Positions 10,901 to 20,000 of a DNA stretch of 20,000 bases are shown piece after piece (the first letter of the stretch is position 1; the number at the start of each line of letters is the position of its first letter). The position numbers were made by a program, and so were the translations under genes. The DNA is from Chiloscyllium plagiosum (Eukaryota): assembly GCF_004010195.1 (NCBI RefSeq), contig NC_057718.1, positions 63,575,007 through 63,595,006 of the forward strand. The letters run 5' to 3'. A model generated the notes under the pieces. The model made no database searches and was not told the DNA's origin. It saw only the letters and a program-made list of their open reading frames with translations.

Positions 10901-11827
10901 TGAGGGATATGGGCCAAGTGCTGGCAAATGGGACTAGATTAAGTTAGGATATCATAAACGAGTTGGACTGAAAGGTCTGCTTCCATGCAATACCTCTCTA
11001 TGACTCTATGTTGCAGTGTGATTCGGACATGCTGAGCGAGTGGGTAATGCATGGCAAATGCTATAAAATGTAAGTAATTGTGAGGATAGGAAGACAGATC
11101 ATTAGTTGAATTGCTGTAAATTAAGAGATGGGAATGTTCAATAAGTCCCCAGTGATCTTATGCATCAGTCGTTGAAAGTAAGCACACAGTGTGCTAGACA
11201 ATAAAGAAGGCAACTATATGTAAGACTTCACATTGAGAGGATTAGCATGCAGGAAAAAAAATGTCTTGCTACATTATACAGAGGTCACACCTGGAATATT
11301 ATGTGCAGTTTTGGTTTCCTTATTTGAGGAAGGATGTTTTTGCCATAGAAGAGTGGAGTGAAGGTTTACCAAATTGACTCCTGGGATGGGAGGAGTGACT
11401 TATGAGGAAAGATTGAGTCGGTTAGGATTGTATGCATTGGAGTTTAAAAGAATGAGGGGGAAAGTTTCGTAGAAACCTGTAAAATTCTAACAACACAAGT
11501 TAGATGCAGGAAGGATGTTGCTTGACTGTGGTGGAGTCCAGAACTAAAGGTTATTATTTAAGGATAAGGGTCAAGGACAGAGATGAGGAGAACTTTTTTC
11601 AACCAGAAAGAGGTGAACCTGTGGAATTGACTACAACAGACAGTGGCTGTGGCCAAAATATTGTTGTTTTCAAGAAGGAGGTAGATATAGCTTTTGTAGC
11701 TAAAGGGATCAAGGAATATTGGGGAGAGGCAGGCTTAAGGTACTGAGATCAATGATTAGCCATGATCATATCAAATAATAGAACAGTCTCAAGGGGTTGA
11801 TTAGCCTATCTTCTGTGTTTCTATGTT
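7968..11827 (+). mobile_element. Long decayed CR1 LINE (ORF1 SGNH esterase, ORF2 endonuclease and RT, 3' UTR)
   Basis: ORF1 motifs YCLPGARVKDV, VVVQIGTND and GFRFLGHWGQFWERWEQFKLDGLHL. Endonuclease motif WLHGDQGWELN. RT motifs DWKVANETPLFKK, SQHGFTK and DAVYLDFQKAFDEVP. Ends in a TTTCTATG-type tail near 11818-11826. Confidence 0.92.
10514..11010 (+). mobile_element. Younger 5'-truncated CR1 nested in the older CR1 RT
   Basis: Encodes KRVQTRFTRMLSGLEYLSYKEKL...NFFTQRVARVWNKLP and ends CTCTATGACTCTATG. ATGTTG is repeated at 10514-10519 and 11008-11013. Removing the insert restores host EDAEMLQCD. Confidence 0.9.
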
Positions 11828-12006
11828 ACGTAGTATAGGAATGGGCCAAATCCAGCCTACTAGCTCACAGCAAGACCTCAGATAAATGCCCCGGGTAAAA
11901 GGAGCAACAAATCAGCTTGACACCCAGCCAATTTCAGTTTACATTTCATTGAAAGTGACTGCACTTGGCATCTTGTTATAAACTGATAAACTGGTTCAGT
12001 ATAACA

Positions 12007-12397
12007 CCTCCACACACATCATTTACTGCATCCGCTGCACCCGATGTGGCCTCCCCTATATTGGGGAGACAGGCCGCCTACTTGCGGAACATTTCAGAGA
12101 ACACCTCTGGGACACCCGGACCAACCAACCCAACCACCCCGTGGCTCAACACTTCAACTCCCCCTCCCACTCCACCAAGGACATGCAGGTCCTTGGACTC
12201 CTCCACCGCCAGACCATAGCAACACGACGGTTGGAGGAAGAACGCCTCATCTTCCGCCTAGGAACCCTCCAACCACAAGGGATGAACTCAGATTTCACCA
12301 GTTTCCTCATTTCCTTGGATGCTGCCTGACCTGCTGCGCTTTTCCAGCAACGCATTTTCAGCTCTGATCTCCAGCATCTGCAGTCCTCACTTTCTCC
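12007..12397 (+). mobile_element. Young truncated Penelope-like element (GIY-YIG domain plus terminal module) with 11-bp TSD
   Basis: Uninterrupted frame 12006-12329 reads IIYCIRCTRCGLPYIGETGRLLAEHFREH...EERLIFRLGTLQPQGMN. TCAGTATAACA occurs at 11996-12006 and 12398-12408. Confidence 0.92.
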
Positions 12398-12789
12398 TCA
12401 GTATAACAATTCCCTTGAGAAATATTGTTCTTTTTTGTTTAATTCAGTATTATTTCTTTGAATCTGCTCTGTTATTTCCACACTTACTGGATTTGGATTG
12501 TGCACAGATCATTGAATGTGGCAGGACGGGGGAAGAGGTGAATTAATAAAGTGTTCATGTTTTGGGGTTTATTAATTGGGTTAGAGCATAAGAGCAAGAA
12601 GGTTGATGTGGAGCTTGTGCAAGACACTTATTAAACTACAACTGATACTGAGTACAGTTGTGAGCACATTATAGAATTTGAATGCATTGGACAAAATGCA
12701 GAAGCTATTTACAAGAACGGTTTCAGGAATGAGAAACGTCATTGTGAGGATAGACTGAACAAGTTGGGACTGTTCTCCTTAAAGATAAG

Positions 12790-14064
12790 TGACAAAAAGT
12801 GTGGCGCAGGAAAAGCAAAGCAGGTCAGGCAGCATCTGAGGAGCAGAAGAGTTGACATTTCGGGCATAACCCTTTGTGTGTATAGAGGGGGCAGTAGGGG
12901 GCTGACAGATAAGTAGTAGGGTGGGGAGCTAGCTGGGAAGACGATAGGTGGATGCAGGAGGGGAGTGATTGTGATAGGGTGGTGGGGAGGATGGAGGGTA
13001 TAGGTGGGAAGAAAATCGGACAGGTCAAGAGGGTGGGGCTGAATTGAAGGGTTGGACTTGGGATGAGATGGGGGAGGGGAGATTTGGAAACTAGTCGTCG
13101 ACGTTGATGCCCTGTGGTTGAAGGGTCCCAAGGCAGAAGATGAGACGTTCTTCCTTCAGTCGTCTGATGGCTTAGATTTGGTAGTGGAGGCTTCCCAGGA
13201 CTTGCATGCCCTTGGTGGAGTGGGAAGGGTAGTTGAAGTGGTCGACCATAGGTGGTGGGTTTTTGGGTGTGTGCGTCCCAGAGATGTTCCCTGAAATGTT
13301 CCACGAGTTGGTGTTCTGTCTCCCAGTGTAGGGGAGATCATATCGAGAACAACAGATGCAGTGAGGCGTTTGGATATGCAGGAAAATCTCTGCCAGATGT
13401 GAAGACATCCCTCATAGACTTGGACAGAGGTGAGGGGGGAGGTGTCAACACAGGTTTTACACCTCTTGCAGTGGCAAGGGAAGGTGCTGGGTGTGGAACC
13501 AACGAGGGAGTCACGGAAGGAATGGTCTCTGCAGAATGCAGATGGAATGGGGAGTGAAATATATCTCTAGTGGTGGGATCTGAGTGTAGGTGGCGGAAAT
13601 GGCAGAGGATAATGCGCTGTATCCAGACATTAGAGTCGAGAGTGTGGTGCTGGAAAAGCACAGCAAATCGGGCAGCATCCGAGCAGCAGAACTGACATTT
13701 TGGGCATAAGCCCTTCATCAGGAATTAATGTATCTGGATATTAGTAGATTTCTATCCTTGTTGCTGTTGGAGGGGAGGTGGTCAAGGGCAGAGAAGCAGG
13801 AAATGGAAGAGATGCGTTGGAGGGCATTGTTGATTATGTGGGAGGAGAAATTGCAGTCCTGGAAACAGGAGGCCATCTGGGATGTCCTTGAGTGGAATTG
13901 CTCCTCCTCGGAGCAGATATGGCGGAAGCAGAGGAATCGGGAGTAAGGGATTGCATTTTTACAGGAGGGGGAGTCGGAGGAAGTGTAGTCCAGGTAGCTA
14001 TGGGAGTCGGTGGGTTTGAAATAGTTTTGTGTTGAGTTAGTCGCCAGAGATGGAGACGGAGAGG
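12790..14064 (-). mobile_element. Penelope-like element 3' half (RT thumb, zinc linker, GIY-YIG, 3' UTR)
   Basis: Minus-strand motifs KPTDSHSYLDYTSS.SPSCKNAIPYSRFL, IQRIILCHFRHLHSDPTTRDIF, HFREHLWD and DHFNYPSHSTKGMQVLG. Homologous to and inverted relative to 12007-12397. Confidence 0.92.
13634..13728 (-). ncRNA. Decayed minimal hammerhead-ribozyme module inserted in the Penelope ORF
   Basis: The minus strand reads CTGATGA (13721-13715)-A-GGGC-TTAT-GCCC-AAAA-TGTC. This is a hammerhead core with stem II, but GAAA has become AAAA. It is flanked by diverged 16-bp direct repeats at 13618-13633 and 13729-13744. Confidence 0.65.
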
Positions 14065-14744
14065 TAAGGCAACTGAGAGGAGATTTGAGAGACGTCTTCA
14101 AATTCACGAGTGGGCTGGATAGAGTAGATAGGGAGAAGCCATTCCTGCTTGTAAAAGAAAAATAACAAGAGGTTATCAATTTAAAGTGATGTGTAAATGA
14201 AGCAAGAGTGAGAAAAATATTTTTCACACAAGTTAAGCATAAGTAATGTACTACCTAGAAATGTGGTGGAGACAGGTTCAGCTGAGTCATTCAAGAGGGC
14301 ATTGAATGGTTATTTAGATAGAATTATTGTGCAGAGGAATAAAAAAAAAAGGCAGGAGTTTGGCATTAGGTAATGCAGGCATGTCGAGTAAATCACCACC
14401 TTCTGCGCCATAACAAGTGTGATTGTCTCAAACTGCTAGCCCTGCCAGGAGGAGGAGCTGGAATATAGTGAACAAAAATGGTCAGGGGGGATGCAGCCAG
14501 CTTGGGTGGGGCGGGCGACATGATATATACTACAGCCTATCAAAATAAAACATGAAATCAGTTTGAATCCGGAGACACAAAGTGGACATGGTTTTTAGAG
14601 AAAGGACAGTGAACAGGGAGTCTGAGGATTAAAGTTTGTTCCATTTGGTTGGATGTGTTTAGAATTCCAGAAGTACTGGTTTGACAATGTAAATGCTGGT
14701 ATTCCTGCATCTCCCAGTTAGAGAAAAAAAGATTTCTGGTCTGG

Positions 14745-14945
14745 AATGAGAATGTGAATGTGGAACTGGAGAGATAGTGGTGCTCAGAAGGAGAGATAGT
14801 GAGAGTAATGAAGTGTGAATATGTGAGTGGGCAAATGGAACAGGAGGATAGTGAGAGTTGGAAAAGGGGAGAGGCAGAAAGAGGGAGAGAGCTAGCATGG
14901 GAAAAAAAGGGAGTGACACACAAGGGGAAAGGATTGGAAGAGTGA
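14745..14945. repeat. GA/GT-rich low-complexity tract
   Basis: Purine-rich degenerate (GA)n/(GAGT)n-like sequence. Confidence 0.65.
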
Positions 14946-15032
14946 CATTAAGATACTTCGGAAATTTTCCAAATTATTTTCACACGATTTTTTCATTTCA
15001 GGTTTATTTTGTCTCACCACGATTGTTCAATG

Positions 15033-15217
15033 TTTGAGGGATTTAACAGGGGGTTTTGAAGGTAATGCTGTTGATGTGGTTTACTCGGACTTCCTAAAGA
15101 CATCTGATACAGTGTCACAAAACAGAATTGTGGGCACTGTTACAGCTTACGGAATGAAGGGGCCGGTAGCAATATTAGTATGGAATTGGCTGAGTGAATG
15201 GAAACAGCGGGTAGTTC
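15033..15217 (+). mobile_element. Old CR1 RT fragment
   Basis: EGNAVDVVYSDFLKTSDTVSQNR...WNWLSEWKQRVV matches the CR1 D..Y.DF.KAFD.V and NWL..RKQRVV motifs. Confidence 0.85.
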
Positions 15218-16145
15218 AGTAAGCAATTCTTTTCAAAATTTTCTCTGGCAAATAGCTGTCTGTATTTCAGGTAGAAAGATAGCCAATGGACATCGGAAGA
15301 TTCACCAAAGCAAAAGAACCTCAGCTATCACATTAGGACTGCGAGCAAGTTGAATATTTCAGCTTTCCCTCTTAAAAATTAAATTAAGCTGTTTTTCTTT
15401 AGCATGCAACCCTCAGTGGATATTCTCCATGTATCACCAAGTAGCATGTACAGTCAGTGAAAAATCTATTAAACTATGTCCTCCACCTACAACAGACAAC
15501 ATTGCAAAAAAAACCATGGCAATAATTTCACATAGATATGTTTGGATAAATGACAAGCAATCCCTAGCAATCACCCAAGTGTTTAGCTGTTGGTCATAGT
15601 CTATATAGCAAATGGCTGGAAATTCATATCCACTACTTCACCTATGTTACATCCAGACCCTGGGTGAGATTTCACAATTGAATGTGGTTTCAGATGACGT
15701 ACCTTAAATCATTAAGCTCCCAGACAAGGATGGATAAACTGGCTCCCCTTCTTTCTTCACCCATCCTCTTCATTGGTTGCAATAAAGTCAATTTCAAAAC
15801 AGATCCCTTCTCATGTGGATACCTTTCTTCCAGATCCAAAAAAGTGACTTTGGGAGCTGAACTATCACCTGCAAGATTCTTAGTTATATAATTTGTTCGT
15901 GATTCTGTTGTCTTGATTCATTTTAACCATCACTGAATTCTCGCATTCAAGGTGAGAAGGAGTCCTTTTGTTGTCCTGTTTCCTTTTATCATGCCTATTA
16001 ACTGATTAGCTGCTAGAACTCAAGAGTAACAGAGTCCCTTTTCACCTGATGGATTTTATTCTAGGCTCTTAAAAGCTAGAATGAATGAGATTATTGATTA
16101 ATTGGTTTCAATTTTCCAAAACTCCCTCAATTTAGTCCCATTAGA

Positions 16146-16256
16146 GGCATGTGACACTATGAATGTAGTGCCCTGACTCTGGGCCAGAAAACCTGGGTTC
16201 AACTGCTATCTGCTCAAGATGTGTGATATAATAGATGTGAACAGCTGGTTAAAAAT
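16146..16256 (+). mobile_element. Short degraded tRNA-derived SINE
   Basis: tRNA-like head with B-box-like CCTGGGTTCAACTGC and an A-rich end. Confidence 0.5.
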
Positions 16257-16329
16257 GTCTAGTTGTCTGAATACAGGTTTAGAAGTACATTTTAATACAA
16301 TTATGTACTTTTGCATACAACTATGAACT

Positions 16330-17990
16330 TTTAATACCACATCCTCATTTCAATGGTCTTGTATCTCCAACCATATTCTCGGCTTCCAGTTTTTCATTGG
16401 GCGTATCATATTTATTGAGTTGCCTTCAATATGGCTTATATAATACATACATATCTCTGAGGTATCATCAACAGTCACAGGTGAGGTGCCGGAAGATTGG
16501 AGGTTGGCAAACGTGGTGCCACTGTTTAAGAAGGGTGGTAAGGACAAGCCAGGGAACTATAGACCAGTGAGCCTGACCTCGGTGGTGGGCAAGTTGTTGG
16601 AGGGAATCCTATGGGAAAGGATGTACATGTATTTGGAAAGGCAAGGACTGATTCGGGATAGTCAACACGGCTTTGTGCGTGGGAAATCATGGCTCAAAAA
16701 CTTGATTGAGTTTTTTGAAGAAGTAAACAAAGAGGATTGATGAGGGCAGAGCAGTAGATGTGATCTATATGGACTTCAGTAAGACGTTCGACAAGGTTCC
16801 CCATGGGAGACTGATTAGCAAGGTTAGATCTCATGGAATACAGAGAGAATTAGCCATTTGCATACAGAACTGGCTCAAAGGTAGAAGACGGATGGTGGTG
16901 GAGGCTTGTTTTTCAGACAGGAGGCCTGTGACCAGTGGAGTGCCACAAGGATCGGTGCTGGGCCCTCTACTTTTTGTCATTTACATAAATGATTTGGATG
17001 TGAGCATAAGAGGTACAGTTAGCAAGCTTACAGATGACACCAAAATTGGAGGTTTAGTGGACAGCGAAGAGGGTTACCTCAGATTACAACAGGATCTTGA
17101 CCAAATGGTCCAATGGTCTGAGAAGTGACAGATGGAGTTTAATTTAGATAAATGCGAGGTACTGCATTTTGGGAAAGTAAATCTTAGCAGGACCTATACA
17201 TTTAATGGTAAGGTCCTAGGGAGTGTTGCTGAACAAAGAGACCTTGGAGTGCAGGTTCATAGCTCCTTGATAGAAGCAGGTACTTAGGATAGTGAAGAAG
17301 GCATTTGGTATGCTTTCCTTTATTGGTCAGAGTATTGAGTACAGGAGTGGGTAAATAGGCAAAGTCTTTTCCCTGGGGTCAGAGAGTCCAGAACTAAAGG
17401 GCATAGGTTTAGGGTGAGAGGGGAAAGATATAAAAGAGATCTAAGGGGCAATCTTTTCACGGAGAGAGTGGTACGTGTCTGGAATGAGCTGCCAGAGGAT
17501 GTGGTAGAGGCTGGTACAATTGCAACATTTAAGAGGCATTTGGATGGGTATATGAATAGGAAGGGTTTGGAGGGATATGGGCCGGGTGTTGGCAGGTGGG
17601 ACTAGATTGGGTTGGGATGTCTGGTTGGCATGGTTGGATTGGACAGAAGGGTCTGTGTCCATGCTCTACATCTCTATGACTCTATATATTGGCACTGCTT
17701 ATCAGTGTAAACACAGGCATGGCTGTCCTGGAAGCAGGCCAGTTGCTTCAGCTTCATGAGACTATCTAAGACCATTACATAGACAGCAAATGTATGTTGA
17801 CTATTTTTGTTTCTTCACTGCACGATACATTGCGAAACAGTGCTTCTGCTCACTATGTATTAGCATTGCTGTAATATTGTGTCAATACCATTAGAAAACA
17901 GATTCATTTTTGCAAACAAAACAAAAAAATATTTGTCCCTGAACCAAGTGACCCTAGTGGCTACAGCACAGAAAGTGGAAGGCTGCTGAG
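16330..17990 (-). mobile_element. Probable highly decayed PIF/Harbinger transposase, interrupted by the CR1 at 16463-17685
   Basis: One frame at ~17905-17690 reads NLFSNG...VSRSTVSQCI...QLACFQDSHACVY. Past the CR1, YISHIEGNSINM follows (~16440-16405). These are collinear with Harbinger motifs NFFASG...ISQS.V.RCI...IAGFP.V.GC.D...Y.NRKG.HSINV. Identity is low. Confidence 0.45.
16463..17685 (+). mobile_element. Relatively young 5'-truncated CR1 LINE (RT plus 3' UTR) with an internal deletion
   Basis: PEDWRLANVVPLFKKG, NYRPVSLTS, YMDFSKTFDKVPH, GVPQGSVLGPLLF, TDDTK and a CTCTATGACTCTAT tail. The sequence jumps near 17350, skipping the segment present in the 10514-11010 copy. Confidence 0.95.
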
Positions 17991-18251
17991 TTTCACAGGA
18001 CGTTCTTGAATAGCTCTACGCCTCAAGGATCTGGCTTTGGGCAACACCACTAAGGCATGAATAGCACCTTTTTCATAGGTTTGCTTAGTAGCAATAGTAA
18101 AGGACGCTGATAAAGTGACAGTAGTAGGAACACAAATATTGTTACACCCCGAGCGAACAGCGGGTTCATATTCCGTAGTAGCACTACCACATCCCCTGCA
18201 TTGCACATCATTGTTCCTCATCACCTGCTGGACAAGATAGCTGGACTGTTA

Positions 18252-18684
18252 TGAGTCACAGCTATGTACAGCACAGAAACAGACCCTTTGGACAACCGGT
18301 CCATGCCGACCAAATATCCTAAATTAATTTAATCCCATTTGCCAGCACTTGGCCCATATCCCTCTAAATCCTTCCTATTCATATACCCATCCAGATGTCT
18401 TTTAAATGCTGTAACTGTACCAACAGCACAGAAACAGACCCTTTGGACAACCGGTCCATGTCAACCAAATATCCTAAATTAATTTAATCCCATTTGCCAG
18501 CACTTGGCCCATATCCCTCTAAATCCTTCCTATTCATATACCCATCCAGATGTCTTTTAAATGCTGTACCAGCCTCCACCACTTCCTCTGGCAACTCATT
18601 CCAAACACGGAACCACCCTTTGCGTGAAAAACTTGCCCCTTAGGTCCCTTTTAAATCTTTCCCCTCTCACCATAAACCTGTGCC
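18252..18684 (-). mobile_element. CR1 3'-end fragment
   Basis: The reverse complement matches the 3' ends at ~10730-11010 and ~17400-17685. Confidence 0.93.
18268..18571. repeat. Tandem duplication with a 155-bp period inside the CR1 3' end
   Basis: Units are 18268-18422 and 18423-18571. They differ by CCG versus TCA and a 6-bp deletion in the second unit. Confidence 0.95.
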
Positions 18685-19814
18685 ACGTTGAGCAATAAAA
18701 TCTGTACCCATGCCTGGATGGAGCTATCAGTCTGGATAGCTGCAGCCTGAGCCTTCATGCCAGGACAAAAATCTCAAAACCCTGCCTGAACATTCCTTGC
18801 AGCTGTTATATTGGTATAATTGGAAAAAGTCTTTCTATCTTGGGCTAATTTGCCATGTCTGTATGGATGTTCTTACCATTTGTACAGTGGCAAAGATGTG
18901 TTCTAAGATCCTCAACACGCCTTGTAACACCAAGCCAGTAACTGGCAACCAGCTGACAGATCTGCCAATGCACTAAGCAGTTCACCTCAACAGGTTTTAA
19001 ATATAAACACCTTGCAGCACAGCTGGTGTGAAACCTTGCCTTCCATGAAGGTCACACCTGAGCTGACCTCTCTCTTGGCTTGGCACAGGCCATTTGTGCT
19101 TAGTGACTCATCATATACAGATTCTGACTCTATATTGCTTCAGTGTCAATACCTGAATTAGTAGCTGAGTGCTGCATCAAGAAACAATGTTGTTTTTCTT
19201 CTCCTCTCTCTCTTACACTTGTTTCTTCAGTGTGGTGGTACAATGGGAGGCTCAGGATAGGAGGAACTCCTATCTCCAGTTTCCATTTCATGGAACATTT
19301 AAGAATGAGGAGTTAATGGAGAAGATGCAGAAGAGAATAACTTACCTGCACCATATACAGCCTCCCCTGCACCAGACTCCACTGATTTCTGAGCACATTT
19401 GTCCCTGATCTATAGAAGCAACCCTCTAGGGAGCTGTGGGGATATAGCCCCTTGGTCCTAACAACCTCTTATGGTTTTCATGCCTCTTGTTCCTGAAAAT
19501 GGGGGGACACAATCTCACATCTACCACACATTTTGTCTGGATTGGTTGATTAATGGCAGAAGAACATGCTAATTAAGAACTATGAGTGCTCCCTAGGTTT
19601 ATGGACCAATGGAATGCCCTACAACTTAGAAGGTGCTGCATCCTGATGTTCAGAATTTTTAAAGAATTAAAATAAACAAAATCTACAGCTGCAGGTCACC
19701 ACTGTAGAAACCAATGAAAACAGTGGTCTTACCAGTAAGTAGGTCACAGAGGCCTCAAAGTATTCTGAGAGCGTCCTTGCCCCACTATTCCACATTGCTG
19801 TTTCACAATGCTGT

Positions 19815-20000
19815 ACCCCACCCCCACGCCGATCTCCGTCCCCGCCCCCAGGCCTACCCCGCCCCCACACCCAGCTCCAGCACCACACCAGGTCCTAGCT
19901 CCCAGCCCTGCCGTGTTTTCACCATCCCTCCAGACCTACCCCTCTCTGAGGATGAAAGATCAGTCCTCAGCAGAGGCCTCACCTTCATTCCCCTACGCTC
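19815..20000 (+). mobile_element. N-terminal part of a Penelope-like ORF running off the window
   Basis: A Pro/Ser-rich stretch followed by PCRVFTIPPDLPLSEDERSVLSRGLTFIPLR matches the PLE pre-RT motif LS..E..VLS.GL.F.P. Confidence 0.85.

Larger units (their letters stand above)
12490..14420 (+). mobile_element. Old CR1 3' fragment split in two (12490-12789 and 14065-14420) by a Penelope insertion
   Basis: The left part ends EDRLNKLGLFSLK and the right part resumes QLRGDLRDVFK, then IFFTQV. TAAG occurs at both junctions (12786-12789, 14065-14068). Confidence 0.8.
18190..18800 (+). mobile_element. Possible decayed Harbinger Myb/SANT accessory gene, interrupted by the CR1 at 18252-18684
   Basis: HLLDKI before the CR1 and LSNKICTHAWMELSVWIAAA...RT after it resemble the Myb/SANT-like pattern LLD.V...AW.EVA..V...RT. 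It is divergent to the putative transposase. Confidence 0.3.

Noticed and set aside
17961..18224. 87-aa minus-strand ORF after a CAG|GTG acceptor-like site
   Set aside because: No recognisable homology; it lies within the putative Harbinger remnant.
19346..19409. 64-nt minus-strand AG...gtaag-bounded segment
   Set aside because: No frame resembles the PDE10 N-terminus, and splice-like signals alone are insufficient.
1..20000. Prokaryotic-type systems (CRISPR array, retron, operon)
   Set aside because: There are no regularly spaced repeats, and all RT and nuclease motifs belong to eukaryotic CR1, Gypsy or Penelope elements.

Overview
Eukaryotic, repeat-dense intronic DNA. The repeat families (HE1-type V-SINE, CR1 LINEs, Penelope-like elements) point to a cartilaginous fish, probably a shark (inference). 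One host coding exon is well supported: a 144-nt, phase 0/0, minus-strand exon at 3158-3301 encoding part of the GAF-A domain of a PDE10A-like phosphodiesterase. It is only about half identical to mammalian PDE10A by my recollection. Almost everything else is nested transposon debris: two solo LTRs, a decayed Gypsy gag-pol, several CR1 copies, Penelope (GIY-YIG) fragments and tRNA-derived SINEs. There is also a probable very old two-gene Harbinger DNA transposon with a CR1 in each gene, and a 500-N scaffold gap. The most unusual items are a ~95-bp insertion carrying a decayed Penelope-type minimal hammerhead ribozyme with its own target-site duplication, the divergent PDE10 exon and the cryptic Harbinger. 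I see no clearly new biological system. All protein comparisons are by eye from remembered family motifs, not database searches.
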